32,000 nt of DNA from Sinorhizobium meliloti (GTDB taxonomy: Bacteria; Pseudomonadota; Alphaproteobacteria; Rhizobiales; Rhizobiaceae): NCBI RefSeq assembly GCF_017876815.1, contig NZ_JAGIOS010000001.1, positions 840,001 to 872,000 on the forward strand. Reading direction: 5' to 3'. The notes under the pieces were generated by a model. The model made no database searches. It was not told the DNA's origin and saw only the letters and a program-made list of their open reading frames with translations. This document shows, piece by piece, positions 24,000-32,000 of the stretch. The first letter of the stretch is position 1; each line of letters begins with the position of its first letter. The position numbers and the translations under genes were made by a program.

Positions 24000-25997
24000 T
24001 CAGAACTCCTCCCAATCGTCGCGGGCGACCGCAGCGGAGCCGTTGCCGAATGCGCGCGCGACCGTGCCCATCATGCGGCGGGCGGGCGAGGCCACCGGCC
24101 GGCTCGCATCCTTTGCCGGCACGACCGTACGCACCGCCTCGCGCTCGACCTTGAAATAGGCGATGAGGTTGGCGAGATTGTCGGCCTCGGCAGACAGCTT
24201 GTGCGTGGCGGCATTCGCCTCCTCCACCATGGCGGCGTTGCGCTGGGTGACCTGATCCATCTGGTTGACGGCGGTGCTGACCTCCCCGAGGCCCGTGGAC
24301 TGCTCGCGTGCGGCCGTCGCGATCGAATGGATGTGATCGTTGATCTTGAGGACCCGCGTCTCGATCTGTCCGAGCGCCGCTCCCGTCGCCTGGACGAGCT
24401 TGACGCCGGTGGCCACCTCGCCGCCCGATTTTGAAATCAGCGACTTGATATCCTTGGCGGCGCTGGCTGCACGCTGGGCGAGCTCGCGGACCTCCTGCGC
24501 AACGACGGCAAAACCCTTGCCGGCATCACCGGCGCGCGCCGCCTCGACGCCGGCATTGAGGGCCAGCAGGTTCGTCTGGAAGGCGATCTCGTCGATGACG
24601 TTGGTGATCTGGCCGATCTCGCTCGATGCCTGTTCGATCCGGCCCATGGCATCGATGGCGTTGCGGACGACCGATGCCGACTCCGCTGCGCTGTCCTTCG
24701 CCTCCGTGACCATGACGGTCGCTTCCTGGGCCCGCTCCGTCGAATTGCGAACCGCGGCGGTTATCTCGTCGAGCGCCGCCGAGGTTTCCTCCAGAGCTGC
24801 GGCCTGCTGCTCTGTCCGCTTGGACAGATCGTCGGCGGCACTGCGCAACTCCGTAGAGTTCCCGTTGATCGAGTCCGTCGTCATGCGGACCTCGCGCAAG
24901 GTCTTCTGCAAGGTCTGCAAGGTATCGTTGACGTTCGTCTGCAACTCGGCGAAGGCGCCCTGGAACTGGCCCTTCATGCTTTGCGTGAGGTCGCCCGTCG
25001 CCAGGCTTGCGATGACCCTCCGGGTCTCGGCGATGCCCGTGTCGACACTGTTGACCAGTTCGTTGACGCTCGCCGCAAAGCGGTTCAGATCGTCGTTGTC
25101 GTAGTCCTTGCTGATGCGCCTGGTGAAATCCCCTGCCGCAGCCGCCGCGACGACCGTGGCGATGCTCGACTGCAGGTCCGCGCTCTTTTCGCGCAGGATC
25201 TCTTCCTGGGCGTTGAGCTCGCGCACGGCGAGGCTGTTCTGCTTGAAGACTTCGACCGCCGCCGCCATGTCGCCGATCTCGTCCTTGCGCCCGGCGAAGG
25301 GCACATCAACCGAGAGATCGCCGCCGGCAAGCAGCTTCATCTTGCCCGTCAGATCGAGAATCGGGCGGCTGAGGTGATTGGTCGCAATATAGAAGGCGGC
25401 ACCGATCCCGGCCAGCATGCCCAGGGCAGCGGTTGCAAGGACGATCAGCACGATCGAGCGCTTGTAGTCGGCCAGATCCGCGGTGATCGTCTGAAGCGAG
25501 GCAAGGTTCTCGTCGACGACCACGTCGATTTCAGCCTGGAACGCCTTGCGGTTGGCCCGGTTCGCTTCGTTGTTGCCCTGCTCGTTGGCAGCTTTCGGCG
25601 CAACCTGCGTGCCGAGGCGAGCCGTCTCGCTTCGGAACGTCTTGAATTCCTCCGCGCGTTCGACGAGGGTATCGAAGGCGGGCAGGACGTCGGCCGGCAC
25701 CAGCGGCCGCCACTCGGTGAGCAGCGCGTCGATCTTGTCGAGGTTCTTGAGAATTCCCTCGGCAAAAGGCTTTGCCTTCTCGACCGTTGGCGCCGCATAG
25801 ATGCCGCGCGCCTCCATCACCACCGCCGTTACCAGGCGATTGAGCCGCTCGCCCTTGAAAGCCCGGTCGGAGGCGTTCTGGTATTCACCGAGCCGTTGGT
25901 TGTACTCGCTCACGATCAGCAACGACATACCGGTGATCGCTATCGCCAGCAGACTCATGATGCCGACGATGAGGTTTATCTTTCCGCGAATTTTCAT
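24000..25997 (-). CDS. methyl-accepting chemotaxis protein
   Basis: N-terminal TM, second TM plus HAMP, and conserved signalling hairpin EIAFQTNLLALNAGVEAARAGDAGKGFAVVAQEVRELAQRAA. The C-terminus is ...DDWEEF (CheR/CheB-tether-like pentapeptide). Confidence 0.95.
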   Translation of the reverse strand: MKIRGKINLIVGIMSLLAIAITGMSLLIVSEYNQRLGEYQNASDRAFKGERLNRLVTAVVMEARGIYAAPTVEKAKPFAEGILKNLDKIDALLTEWRPLVPADVLPAFDTLVERAEEFKTFRSETARLGTQVAPKAANEQGNNEANRANRKAFQAEIDVVVDENLASLQTITADLADYKRSIVLIVLATAALGMLAGIGAAFYIATNHLSRPILDLTGKMKLLAGGDLSVDVPFAGRKDEIGDMAAAVEVFKQNSLAVRELNAQEEILREKSADLQSSIATVVAAAAAGDFTRRISKDYDNDDLNRFAASVNELVNSVDTGIAETRRVIASLATGDLTQSMKGQFQGAFAELQTNVNDTLQTLQKTLREVRMTTDSINGNSTELRSAADDLSKRTEQQAAALEETSAALDEITAAVRNSTERAQEATVMVTEAKDSAAESASVVRNAIDAMGRIEQASSEIGQITNVIDEIAFQTNLLALNAGVEAARAGDAGKGFAVVAQEVRELAQRAASAAKDIKSLISKSGGEVATGVKLVQATGAALGQIETRVLKINDHIHSIATAAREQSTGLGEVSTAVNQMDQVTQRNAAMVEEANAATHKLSAEADNLANLIAYFKVEREAVRTVVPAKDASRPVASPARRMMGTVARAFGNGSAAVARDDWEEF

Positions 25998-26167
25998 GTC
26001 CTGTCCCTGTCCCCAGCCGCATACTCGCCTAAAACGGGAAAGTAACTCACGGCTTACACGCTACTGAGCAAATGCTAAAATGCGCGTGGTTAACAAAGCA
26101 CCCATCGGGCCCACTCGATTTAAGGTGTCATACGGCGATTCATGAGCACGCCGCCGGTGCCCGGGAA

Positions 26168-26197
26168 TTGACTTTATCGGGTTTTTGTCCCTATAAG
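26168..26197 (+). promoter_or_regulatory. Candidate sigma-70 promoter of rpmH-rnpA-yidC
   Basis: TTGACT (26168-26173), 18 nt spacer, TATAAG (26192-26197), about 105 nt upstream of the rpmH ATG. Confidence 0.35.
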
Positions 26198-26304
26198 CCG
26201 CGCACGTCCGGTGGAGCCGCCCGTTGGCGGAGCCATGCCCGGCGCGTAAACGCTCTTGCATCATGCAAACCCAAGAAGGACCGCACACCGCGGTATTTAA
26301 ATAA

Positions 26305-26439
26305 ATGAAGCGTACCTACCAACCGTCCAAGCTTGTTCGCAAGCGCCGTCACGGCTTCCGTGCACGTATGTCCACCAAGGGTGGGCGCAAGGTCCTCACA
26401 GCCCGCCGGGCTCGTGGCCGCAAGCGTCTTTCGGCGTAA
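26305..26439 (+). CDS. rpmH: 50S ribosomal protein L34
   Basis: Not in the ORF track (44 aa). Translation is [44 protein letters not shown]. Confidence 0.95.
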   Translation: MKRTYQPSKLVRKRRHGFRARMSTKGGRKVLTARRARGRKRLSA

Positions 26440-26460
26440 GCCGGATCTGCCCGAAACCTT

Positions 26461-26859
26461 ATGTCCGGGCAAATGACGACAGATAAAGACAAGATGGCTG
26501 TCGGGCGGCTGAAAAGCCGTCCGCAGTTTTTGGCGGTCCGGGCTGGTGAAAGCCGCAGGGGCCCGCTATTTCTCCTCGAAGTTCTCGACCGGAACGATCC
26601 GGAGGGAGAAGCCCGCGTCGGCTTCACCGTTACCAAGAAACACGGCAATGCCGTCGAGCGAAACCGAATGCGCCGACGCCTCAAGGAAGCCGTGCGGCTT
26701 TCGGCCGGGTTTGCAATGAAACCCGGACACGACTATGTGATTGTCGCCCGGCGCGATCTCCTGAATGCCCCTTTCGACGCATTGACTCGGGCGCTTCGAG
26801 ATCGCATCGAAAACAAGCCGAAACAGAAGCGGCCACCGGCCGGTTCCAGGAAATCATGA
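26461..26859 (+). CDS. rnpA: ribonuclease P protein component
   Basis: ...[14 protein letters not shown]...[26 protein letters not shown]... follows rpmH. Its stop overlaps the yidC start. Confidence 0.9.
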   Translation: MSGQMTTDKDKMAVGRLKSRPQFLAVRAGESRRGPLFLLEVLDRNDPEGEARVGFTVTKKHGNAVERNRMRRRLKEAVRLSAGFAMKPGHDYVIVARRDLLNAPFDALTRALRDRIENKPKQKRPPAGSRKS

Positions 26860-28643
26860 TGGAAAACAACCGCAATTATTTCGTGGCGATCGCCCTTTCC
26901 GTGCTGATCCTCATCGCCTGGCAGTTCTTCTATGTCAGCCCGAAGATGGAGAAGGACCGCATTGCCGCGGAACAGGCGCAGCAGGCGCAACAGACCCAGC
27001 AACAGCCAGGCGCCCAGCCGGCTGCACCTGGACAGGCGCTGCCCGGCGGTGCGATCCCGAGCGCAGGCGAAAGCCGCGATCAGGCAATCGGCAAATCCGC
27101 CCGCGTCGCGATCGACACGCCGGCGCTTTCCGGCTCCATCAACCTGACCGGCGCACGCTTCGACGACCTGAAGCTCAAGGGCTACCGCGAAACCGTCGAC
27201 CCGAAGAGCCCGGTCATCACGCTCTTCAGCCCGGCGGAGACCGCTGACGGCTATTTCACGGAAATCGGCTATATCGGATCGGATGCGACCGGGTCGGTTC
27301 CGGGTCCGCAGACCACATGGACGCTTTCGGGCGGCGACAAGCTCACCCCCTCGACGCCGGTGACGCTGAGCTACACGAACGACAAGGGCATCACCTTTGC
27401 CCGGACCATCTCGGTTGACGACCGCTACATGTTCCAGGTGGTCGACAGCATCAAGAACGAGACCGCGGCGCCGGTTTCCCTGTCTTCCTACGGCCGCGTC
27501 ACGCGCTTCAACAAGCCGACGACTCCGAGCATCTACGTGCTCCACGAGGGCTTCGTCGGCGTCGCGGGAGAGCATGGCCTGCAGGAAGTCGGCTATTCCA
27601 AGGTCGAAGACGACGAGCCCGTCGAACCGGGTAAGTCGACCGGCGGGTGGCTGGGCATCACCGATAAATACTGGGCCGCGACGATCGTGCCGCCGCAGGC
27701 GACGCCCTTCGACATCCGCTTCTCGCATTTCGCCGACGGGCGCCCCCGTTACCAGAGCGACTACAAGAGCGATGCGGTTACGGTTGCCCCGGGCCAGTCC
27801 GTGGAGCTGAAGAACCTCGTCTTCGCCGGTGCCAAGGAAGTCCCGGTCGTCGACAATTACGAAGTGGCCTATTCGATCCCCAACTTCGACAAGCTGATCG
27901 ACTGGGGCTGGTTCTACTTCATCACCAAGCCGATGTTCAAAATGATGGATTTCTTCTTCCGTCTCTTCGGCAATTTCGGCATCGCGATCCTGATCACCAC
28001 GATCGTCGTCAAGCTCATCTTCTTCCCGCTCGCCAACAAGCAATACGCATCGATGGCGAACATGAAGAAGGTTCAGCCGAAGATGGAGGAACTGAAGAAG
28101 AAATTCGGCGACGACAGAATGGGGCTGCAGCAGGCGATGATGCAGCTCTACAAGGAAGAGAAGATCAACCCGCTGGCGGGCTGCTGGCCGATCCTCATCC
28201 AGATCCCGGTGTTCTTCGCGCTCTACAAGGTGATCTACGTCACCATCGAGATGCGGCATGCGCCCTTCTTCGGCTGGATTCAGGATCTCTCGGCCCCGGA
28301 TCCGACGACGATCATCAACCTCTTCGGTCTCCTGCCGTTCGAGGGGCCTGCCTTCCTTCATCTTGGCATCTGGCCGATCATCATGGGCGTCACCATGTTC
28401 CTGCAGATGCGCATGAACCCGACGCCGCCGGACCCGACCCAGGCGATGCTTTTCACCTGGATGCCGGTGGTCTTCACCTTCATGCTGGCGTCGTTCCCGG
28501 CCGGTCTCGTGATCTACTGGGCCTGGAACAACACGCTGTCGATCCTGCAGCAGGGCATCATCATGAAGCGTCAGGGCGTCAAGGTCGAACTCTTCGACAA
28601 TCTGAAGTCGCTCTTTTCGAAGAAACCGAAACCGGCGGAATAG
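26856..28643 (+). CDS. yidC: membrane protein insertase YidC
   Basis: 595 aa with an N-terminal TM, a large periplasmic domain, and the conserved C-terminal core ...[41 protein letters not shown]...[20 protein letters not shown]... Confidence 0.97.
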   Translation: MMENNRNYFVAIALSVLILIAWQFFYVSPKMEKDRIAAEQAQQAQQTQQQPGAQPAAPGQALPGGAIPSAGESRDQAIGKSARVAIDTPALSGSINLTGARFDDLKLKGYRETVDPKSPVITLFSPAETADGYFTEIGYIGSDATGSVPGPQTTWTLSGGDKLTPSTPVTLSYTNDKGITFARTISVDDRYMFQVVDSIKNETAAPVSLSSYGRVTRFNKPTTPSIYVLHEGFVGVAGEHGLQEVGYSKVEDDEPVEPGKSTGGWLGITDKYWAATIVPPQATPFDIRFSHFADGRPRYQSDYKSDAVTVAPGQSVELKNLVFAGAKEVPVVDNYEVAYSIPNFDKLIDWGWFYFITKPMFKMMDFFFRLFGNFGIAILITTIVVKLIFFPLANKQYASMANMKKVQPKMEELKKKFGDDRMGLQQAMMQLYKEEKINPLAGCWPILIQIPVFFALYKVIYVTIEMRHAPFFGWIQDLSAPDPTTIINLFGLLPFEGPAFLHLGIWPIIMGVTMFLQMRMNPTPPDPTQAMLFTWMPVVFTFMLASFPAGLVIYWAWNNTLSILQQGIIMKRQGVKVELFDNLKSLFSKKPKPAE

Positions 28644-28903
28644 AGCATTTCCGGGACAAGCGTGTAACGGTTTTCGTCCGGAAGCGCGCAGTGAATGCTC
28701 TGGAGCGTTTCATTGAATCGGTGAAACGCTCCGATCGGCAGGTCCTCTCGCATGGAAGCCTCGGAGCGACGCGTTCCGGGGCTTTTCTTTTGGGTCCTAC
28801 TGCATGTTTCCTTTAATCCTATCCGATTAAAGGACAAAAACATGCAGCAGATCAAAGCGCTACAGCGACCTTTGCGCGTCTGATAAGACGCGCGGCGCTG
28901 TAG
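28643..28903. repeat. Mosaic of palindromic intergenic repeat units (RIME/REP-like) between yidC and engB
   Basis: Unit 28643-28681 is an inverted copy of 21468-21507. There is a perfect 11-bp stem ggagcgtttca/tgaaacgctcc (28702-28732). A long hairpin spans 28800-28847 (ctgcatgtttcctttaatc...gattaaagg..aaacatgcag). A nested hairpin spans 28860-28903 (ctacagcg..gcgcgtc tgataa gacgcgc..cgctgtag). Confidence 0.6.
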
Positions 28904-28994
28904 GGATCCGCCGCCGGTACCGGCAGACGCTCTAAAGCTTGACAAGCCACCCCAAAAGCCTGATGCCGACGAGGCAAAGAGGAAACGCCAGAAC

Positions 28995-29648
28995 ATGTCC
29001 GCGACGAACAAGCAGAATGCCGCAAGCGTCTTCGGCCGGCCGTGGATATTCATCCGCGGCGTGCCGTCGATGAAGTTCCTGCCACCTGAGGGACCGACGG
29101 AGATCGCCTTTGCCGGCCGCTCCAACGTGGGCAAGTCGTCGCTGATCAACGCACTCGTGGGCCATAAAGGCCTGGCGCGCACCTCGAACACGCCCGGCCG
29201 CACCCAGGAACTCAACTATTTCGTGCCGGACGGCTATTCCGGCGAGGCCGGCGACCTGCCGCCGATGGCGCTCGTCGACATGCCGGGCTACGGCTACGCA
29301 CAGGCTCCCAAGGAACAGGTCGACGCCTGGACGAAGCTGGTCTTCGACTATCTGCGCGGCCGCTCGACGCTGAAGCGCGTCTATGTGCTGATCGACGCGC
29401 GCCACGGCATCAAGAAGAACGACGAAGACGTGCTGGCACTCCTCGACAAGGCTGCGGTTTCCTACCAGATCGTGCTGACCAAGACGGACAAGATCAAGGC
29501 GGCCGGCGTACCGCGCCTCGTCGCGGAAACGCTCGAAAAGATCAAGAAGCGGCCGGCGGCCTTTCCGGAAGTGCTATCGACATCGTCGGAAAAGGGCGAA
29601 GGCATCGAGGACCTCCGCGCGGCGATCGAGCTCGCCGTGACGCGCTGA
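28995..29648 (+). CDS. engB: ribosome biogenesis GTP-binding protein EngB/YsxC/YihA
   Basis: G1 [17 protein letters not shown]3 DMPGYG and G4 LTKTDK are present. Confidence 0.95.
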   Translation: MSATNKQNAASVFGRPWIFIRGVPSMKFLPPEGPTEIAFAGRSNVGKSSLINALVGHKGLARTSNTPGRTQELNYFVPDGYSGEAGDLPPMALVDMPGYGYAQAPKEQVDAWTKLVFDYLRGRSTLKRVYVLIDARHGIKKNDEDVLALLDKAAVSYQIVLTKTDKIKAAGVPRLVAETLEKIKKRPAAFPEVLSTSSEKGEGIEDLRAAIELAVTR

Positions 29649-29776
29649 GGCGCGAAACGGCGCCGCTGAAGGGCGAGCCCCCTCGTCTTCGGCCTCCGTC
29701 ACTACCCTGACATGAAAAGCGCTCTATCTCTGCTTCGCGGCGGCAGATTGTCTGCCCGAAGGATCAGGAGAGAGAC

Positions 29777-30316
29777 ATGTCCGATTTGATTGTCGTGGGA
29801 TTCGATTCGACGGATGAGGCCGACAAGGTCCTCTTGAAGCTCAACAGCCTGAGGAAGGAATATCTGATCGATCTGGAAGATGCGGTCGTCGTCGTGCGCG
29901 ACGCCGACGGCAAGGTGCATCTGAAGCAGAGCATGAATCTGACCACCGTCGGCGCCACGTCCGGCCTTCTTTCCGGCTCCCTCTGGGGCGGGCTCGTCGG
30001 GCTGCTCTTCCTTAATCCGCTCGCGGGTTTCGCCCTCGGCGGCGCTATCGGCGCCGGTGCGGGTGCGCTTTCCGGATCGCTCGTCGATTACGGCATCGAC
30101 GACGACTTCATCAAGTCGCTCGGCAACACCATCCCGAACAATTCCTCGGCGCTCTTCGTCCTGGTGCGCAAGGTGCAGCCGGAAAAGGTGCTGGCCGAAT
30201 TCTCCGGCCTGCGCGGCCGCGTGCTGAAGACGTCGCTCTCCCCGGAGCAGGAACAGAAGCTTCAGGCAGCCATTTCCGAGGCGCAGACGCCGTCGCCGCA
30301 GGCGGGGACATTCTGA
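29777..30316 (+). CDS. DUF1269-family membrane protein
   Basis: MSDLIVVGFDSTDEADKVLLKLNSLRKEYLIDLEDAVVVVRDADGKVHLKQ is followed by a Gly-rich TM region and a second alpha/beta half. Confidence 0.8.
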   Translation: MSDLIVVGFDSTDEADKVLLKLNSLRKEYLIDLEDAVVVVRDADGKVHLKQSMNLTTVGATSGLLSGSLWGGLVGLLFLNPLAGFALGGAIGAGAGALSGSLVDYGIDDDFIKSLGNTIPNNSSALFVLVRKVQPEKVLAEFSGLRGRVLKTSLSPEQEQKLQAAISEAQTPSPQAGTF

Positions 30317-30389
30317 TCGGTTGCTGAAGGCGATCGGCCCTCATCGCACAACGATCTTCTCGCCGGAGCCGGCGAGAAGACAGCCACGC

Positions 30390-30884
30390 TCAGGCCGTCT
30401 CCGGTACGAATGACAGGGCGAGCCCGTTGATGCAGTGCCGCTTGCCGGTCGGCGGCGGGCCGTCGTCGAAGATGTGGCCGAGATGACCGCCACAGCGGCG
30501 GCAGTGGCATTCGGTCCTCGTCACGAACAGGGTGTCGTCCTCGCGCGTGCCGATCGCGCCGGGAAGCGCCTGCCAGAAGCTCGGCCAGCCGGTACCGCTG
30601 TCGTATTTCGCGTCAGAGGAATAGACGGGCAACTCGCATCCCGCGCAGTGAAAGACGCCATTTCGCTTTTCGTTGTCGAGCGCGCTGCTGAACGGCGGCT
30701 CCGTGCCCTCCTCGCGCAAAACGCGATAGCGATCCTCGCCGAGCAGCGCCCGCCACTCCGCGTCGGTCCTGGTGATTTCAAAAGCTTCGCCGGCGACGGC
30801 GCGTACGGGCCATACCAGACCGCGCAGGGCGACCACCGCGGCCAGGGCCGCGCCCGCCATCAGCAAGTCGCGCCGGCTGATCAT
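30390..30884 (-). CDS. msrB: peptide-methionine (R)-S-oxide reductase MsrB with a twin-arginine signal peptide
   Basis: ATG at 30884 with GGAGG upstream. Tat motif is MISRRDLLMAGAALAAV. Catalytic and zinc motifs are CAGCELPVY, GTGWPSF and CHCRRCGGHLGHIFDDGPPPTGKRHCIN. Confidence 0.92.
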   Translation of the reverse strand: MISRRDLLMAGAALAAVVALRGLVWPVRAVAGEAFEITRTDAEWRALLGEDRYRVLREEGTEPPFSSALDNEKRNGVFHCAGCELPVYSSDAKYDSGTGWPSFWQALPGAIGTREDDTLFVTRTECHCRRCGGHLGHIFDDGPPPTGKRHCINGLALSFVPETA

Positions 30885-30991
30885 CGGAACCTCCATCGGG
30901 GCCTGATGTCGTAACTTATGCGGCCGCGGCACTCCTGCCAAAACAAGGTCGATCAAACCGGCGTGACTGAGTGGCCGCCGTGGAACCAGAC

Positions 30992-31705
30992 TTAGAAGGC
31001 GCGCGCCGTGCCTTGCGCGATGACCGCACCGGTGGGCGAGCCGGTCGCCGAGCCACCCTTGGGCTCGACACTGACGGAGAGCCTGGAGCCCGTGGCAATC
31101 TGGCTTCGCATTCCCGGCTCAAGCACGATTTCCCCCTCGCCGGACGGCGGCAGCACGCCGAGCGAGACCGGCGGATCGTCACCATTGATCAGCCAGAGTT
31201 CGAGCGATTTCTCCTCCATCTGTCCGGCGGCGGCCGGCGACAGTCTCAGGCGCCCTGTGGCCGGTTCGAAGTGCGTGACGAGGTTGATGGCGCTGCCATG
31301 CGCTTCGAGGCTCACAACGAGTGGCGTACCGCCTCGGCGATCGCTGAAAAGTCCTGCCAGCGCGCCTGCCATCACGACGACCGCCGAAAGCGATACGAGG
31401 GCTGCGCTGCGCCAGAGGGGAAGCGAGCCCCAGACACCGCGGGGGTCGTCTGCGCCCCGGCCCGCTTCGAAGACCGCGCGCTCGGAGGAGCGAAACCTGC
31501 GGCGCGGCGCGGCCGACTCATATTCGTCGCCGAAGGCCGCGAGATTGTTCTGCCAGCGGATGACCATGGCGGCGAAGTTGCGGTCCGTTGCCATGCGCGC
31601 CTCGGCCTTGCGGCGGTCATCGGCAGACAGCGCGCCGAGCACGTACTCTCCCGCGATCACCTCGTCGCGGCGGGAATCTCCGCTTTCGGGCTTCTGCGTC
31701 GTCAT
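30992..31705 (-). CDS. anti-sigma factor, RskA (anti-sigma-K) family
   Basis: Start at the ATG giving MTTQKPESGDSRRDEVIAGEYVLGALSADDRRKAEARMATDRNFAAMVIRWQNNLAAF. There is a single TM (LWRSAALVSLSAVVVMAGALAGLF) and a C-terminal RskA-like domain (...LELWLINGDDPPVSLGVL...VSVEPKGGS). The track ORF's 78-aa N-terminal extension is Arg-rich and unlikely to be real. Confidence 0.75.
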   Translation of the reverse strand: MTTQKPESGDSRRDEVIAGEYVLGALSADDRRKAEARMATDRNFAAMVIRWQNNLAAFGDEYESAAPRRRFRSSERAVFEAGRGADDPRGVWGSLPLWRSAALVSLSAVVVMAGALAGLFSDRRGGTPLVVSLEAHGSAINLVTHFEPATGRLRLSPAAAGQMEEKSLELWLINGDDPPVSLGVLPPSGEGEIVLEPGMRSQIATGSRLSVSVEPKGGSATGSPTGAVIAQGTARAF

Positions 31706-32000
31706 GGCTCCCTGCACTCTCTCAGCTTCAGAGGGCCGGCACGATTCCCTTCGATCTCTTCCAGGCAAGCTTCGATGCGCCTGCCCTCGGGACTGCGGCG
31801 GTCCTTTCCGGATCAATGCAGGATCAGTCAAATCGCCAGCGCCGTCAATCGGCTTGTCGGCCATGCCGCGCACGCCGCAAGCACTTCGGCACAGCCGAGC
31901 GACCGCCGTCACAATGGCTTTATGTTGCGTCCGGATCATTCCATCCGCCAGAGAGTTGCGCTAAACAGCAGCCGGTATTTTTCGAGGATCCGCCATGTCC

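Noticed and set aside
24340-26045. 254-aa and 354-aa plus-strand ORFs
   Set aside because: They are antisense to the MCP gene and are low-complexity Ser/Ala/Arg-rich translations.
26733-28361. 542-aa minus-strand ORF
   Set aside because: It is antisense to yidC, is Asp/Arg/Glu-rich, and has no recognisable domain.
28571-29405. 214-aa and 157-aa minus-strand ORFs
   Set aside because: They run through the palindromic repeat mosaic and antisense to engB, and they have no motifs.
31008-31964. 318-aa plus-strand ORF
   Set aside because: It is antisense to the anti-sigma gene and is Ser/Ala/Pro/Arg-rich.
31706-32000. ECF sigma factor gene expected upstream of the anti-sigma gene, and the 78-aa N-terminal extension of track ORF 30992..31939
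   Set aside because: None of the three minus-strand frames shows sigma region 2 or 4 motifs, and all are interrupted by stops or are Arg-rich. The extension was dropped in favour of the MTTQKPES start.

Overview
High-GC alphaproteobacterial DNA. The Rhizobiaceae-like assignment is only an inference from gene order and palindromic intergenic repeats. The window has two parts.

(1) Positions 1-19720 are a composite genomic island that ends exactly at the 3' end of an intact tRNA-Arg(ACG) (19721-19797, minus strand). It carries mobility and plasmid-type genes:
- an ArdC-type antirestriction protein
- a tyrosine integrase abutting a 49-nt 3' fragment of tRNA-Gly(UCC) with repeated flanking motifs
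- a frameshifted large serine recombinase that reads into tRNA-Arg
- a mazEF-type toxin-antitoxin pair
- a soluble VirD4/TraG-like coupling-protein homologue
- many orphan ORFs

Its most unusual cargo is a set of signal-peptide proteins. One is a translationally coupled operon (3866->1048, minus strand) encoding a small secreted protein, a glycine-rich protein, a double-DUF1566 protein and a 63-aa peptide. The other is a 1048-aa protein with two seven-blade propellers plus a LamG-like domain. Three of these proteins share a ~30-residue Cys-bracketed module that I cannot assign to a named family. A 4.8-kb segment (mazEF plus the 1048-aa gene) is bracketed by direct repeats of the convergent 3' ends of the T4CP-like and ankyrin genes.

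(2) Positions 19.8-32 kb look like ordinary core chromosome:
- an orphan sensor histidine kinase
- a class-I pyridine-nucleotide-disulfide oxidoreductase with a TVP38/DedA-like membrane protein
- a methyl-accepting chemotaxis protein
- rpmH-rnpA-yidC, then engB
- a DUF1269 protein
- a Tat-signal MsrB
- an RskA-type anti-sigma factor with no adjacent sigma gene

No rRNA, CRISPR array or transposase was seen. All family assignments come from motif recognition by eye; no database search was possible.
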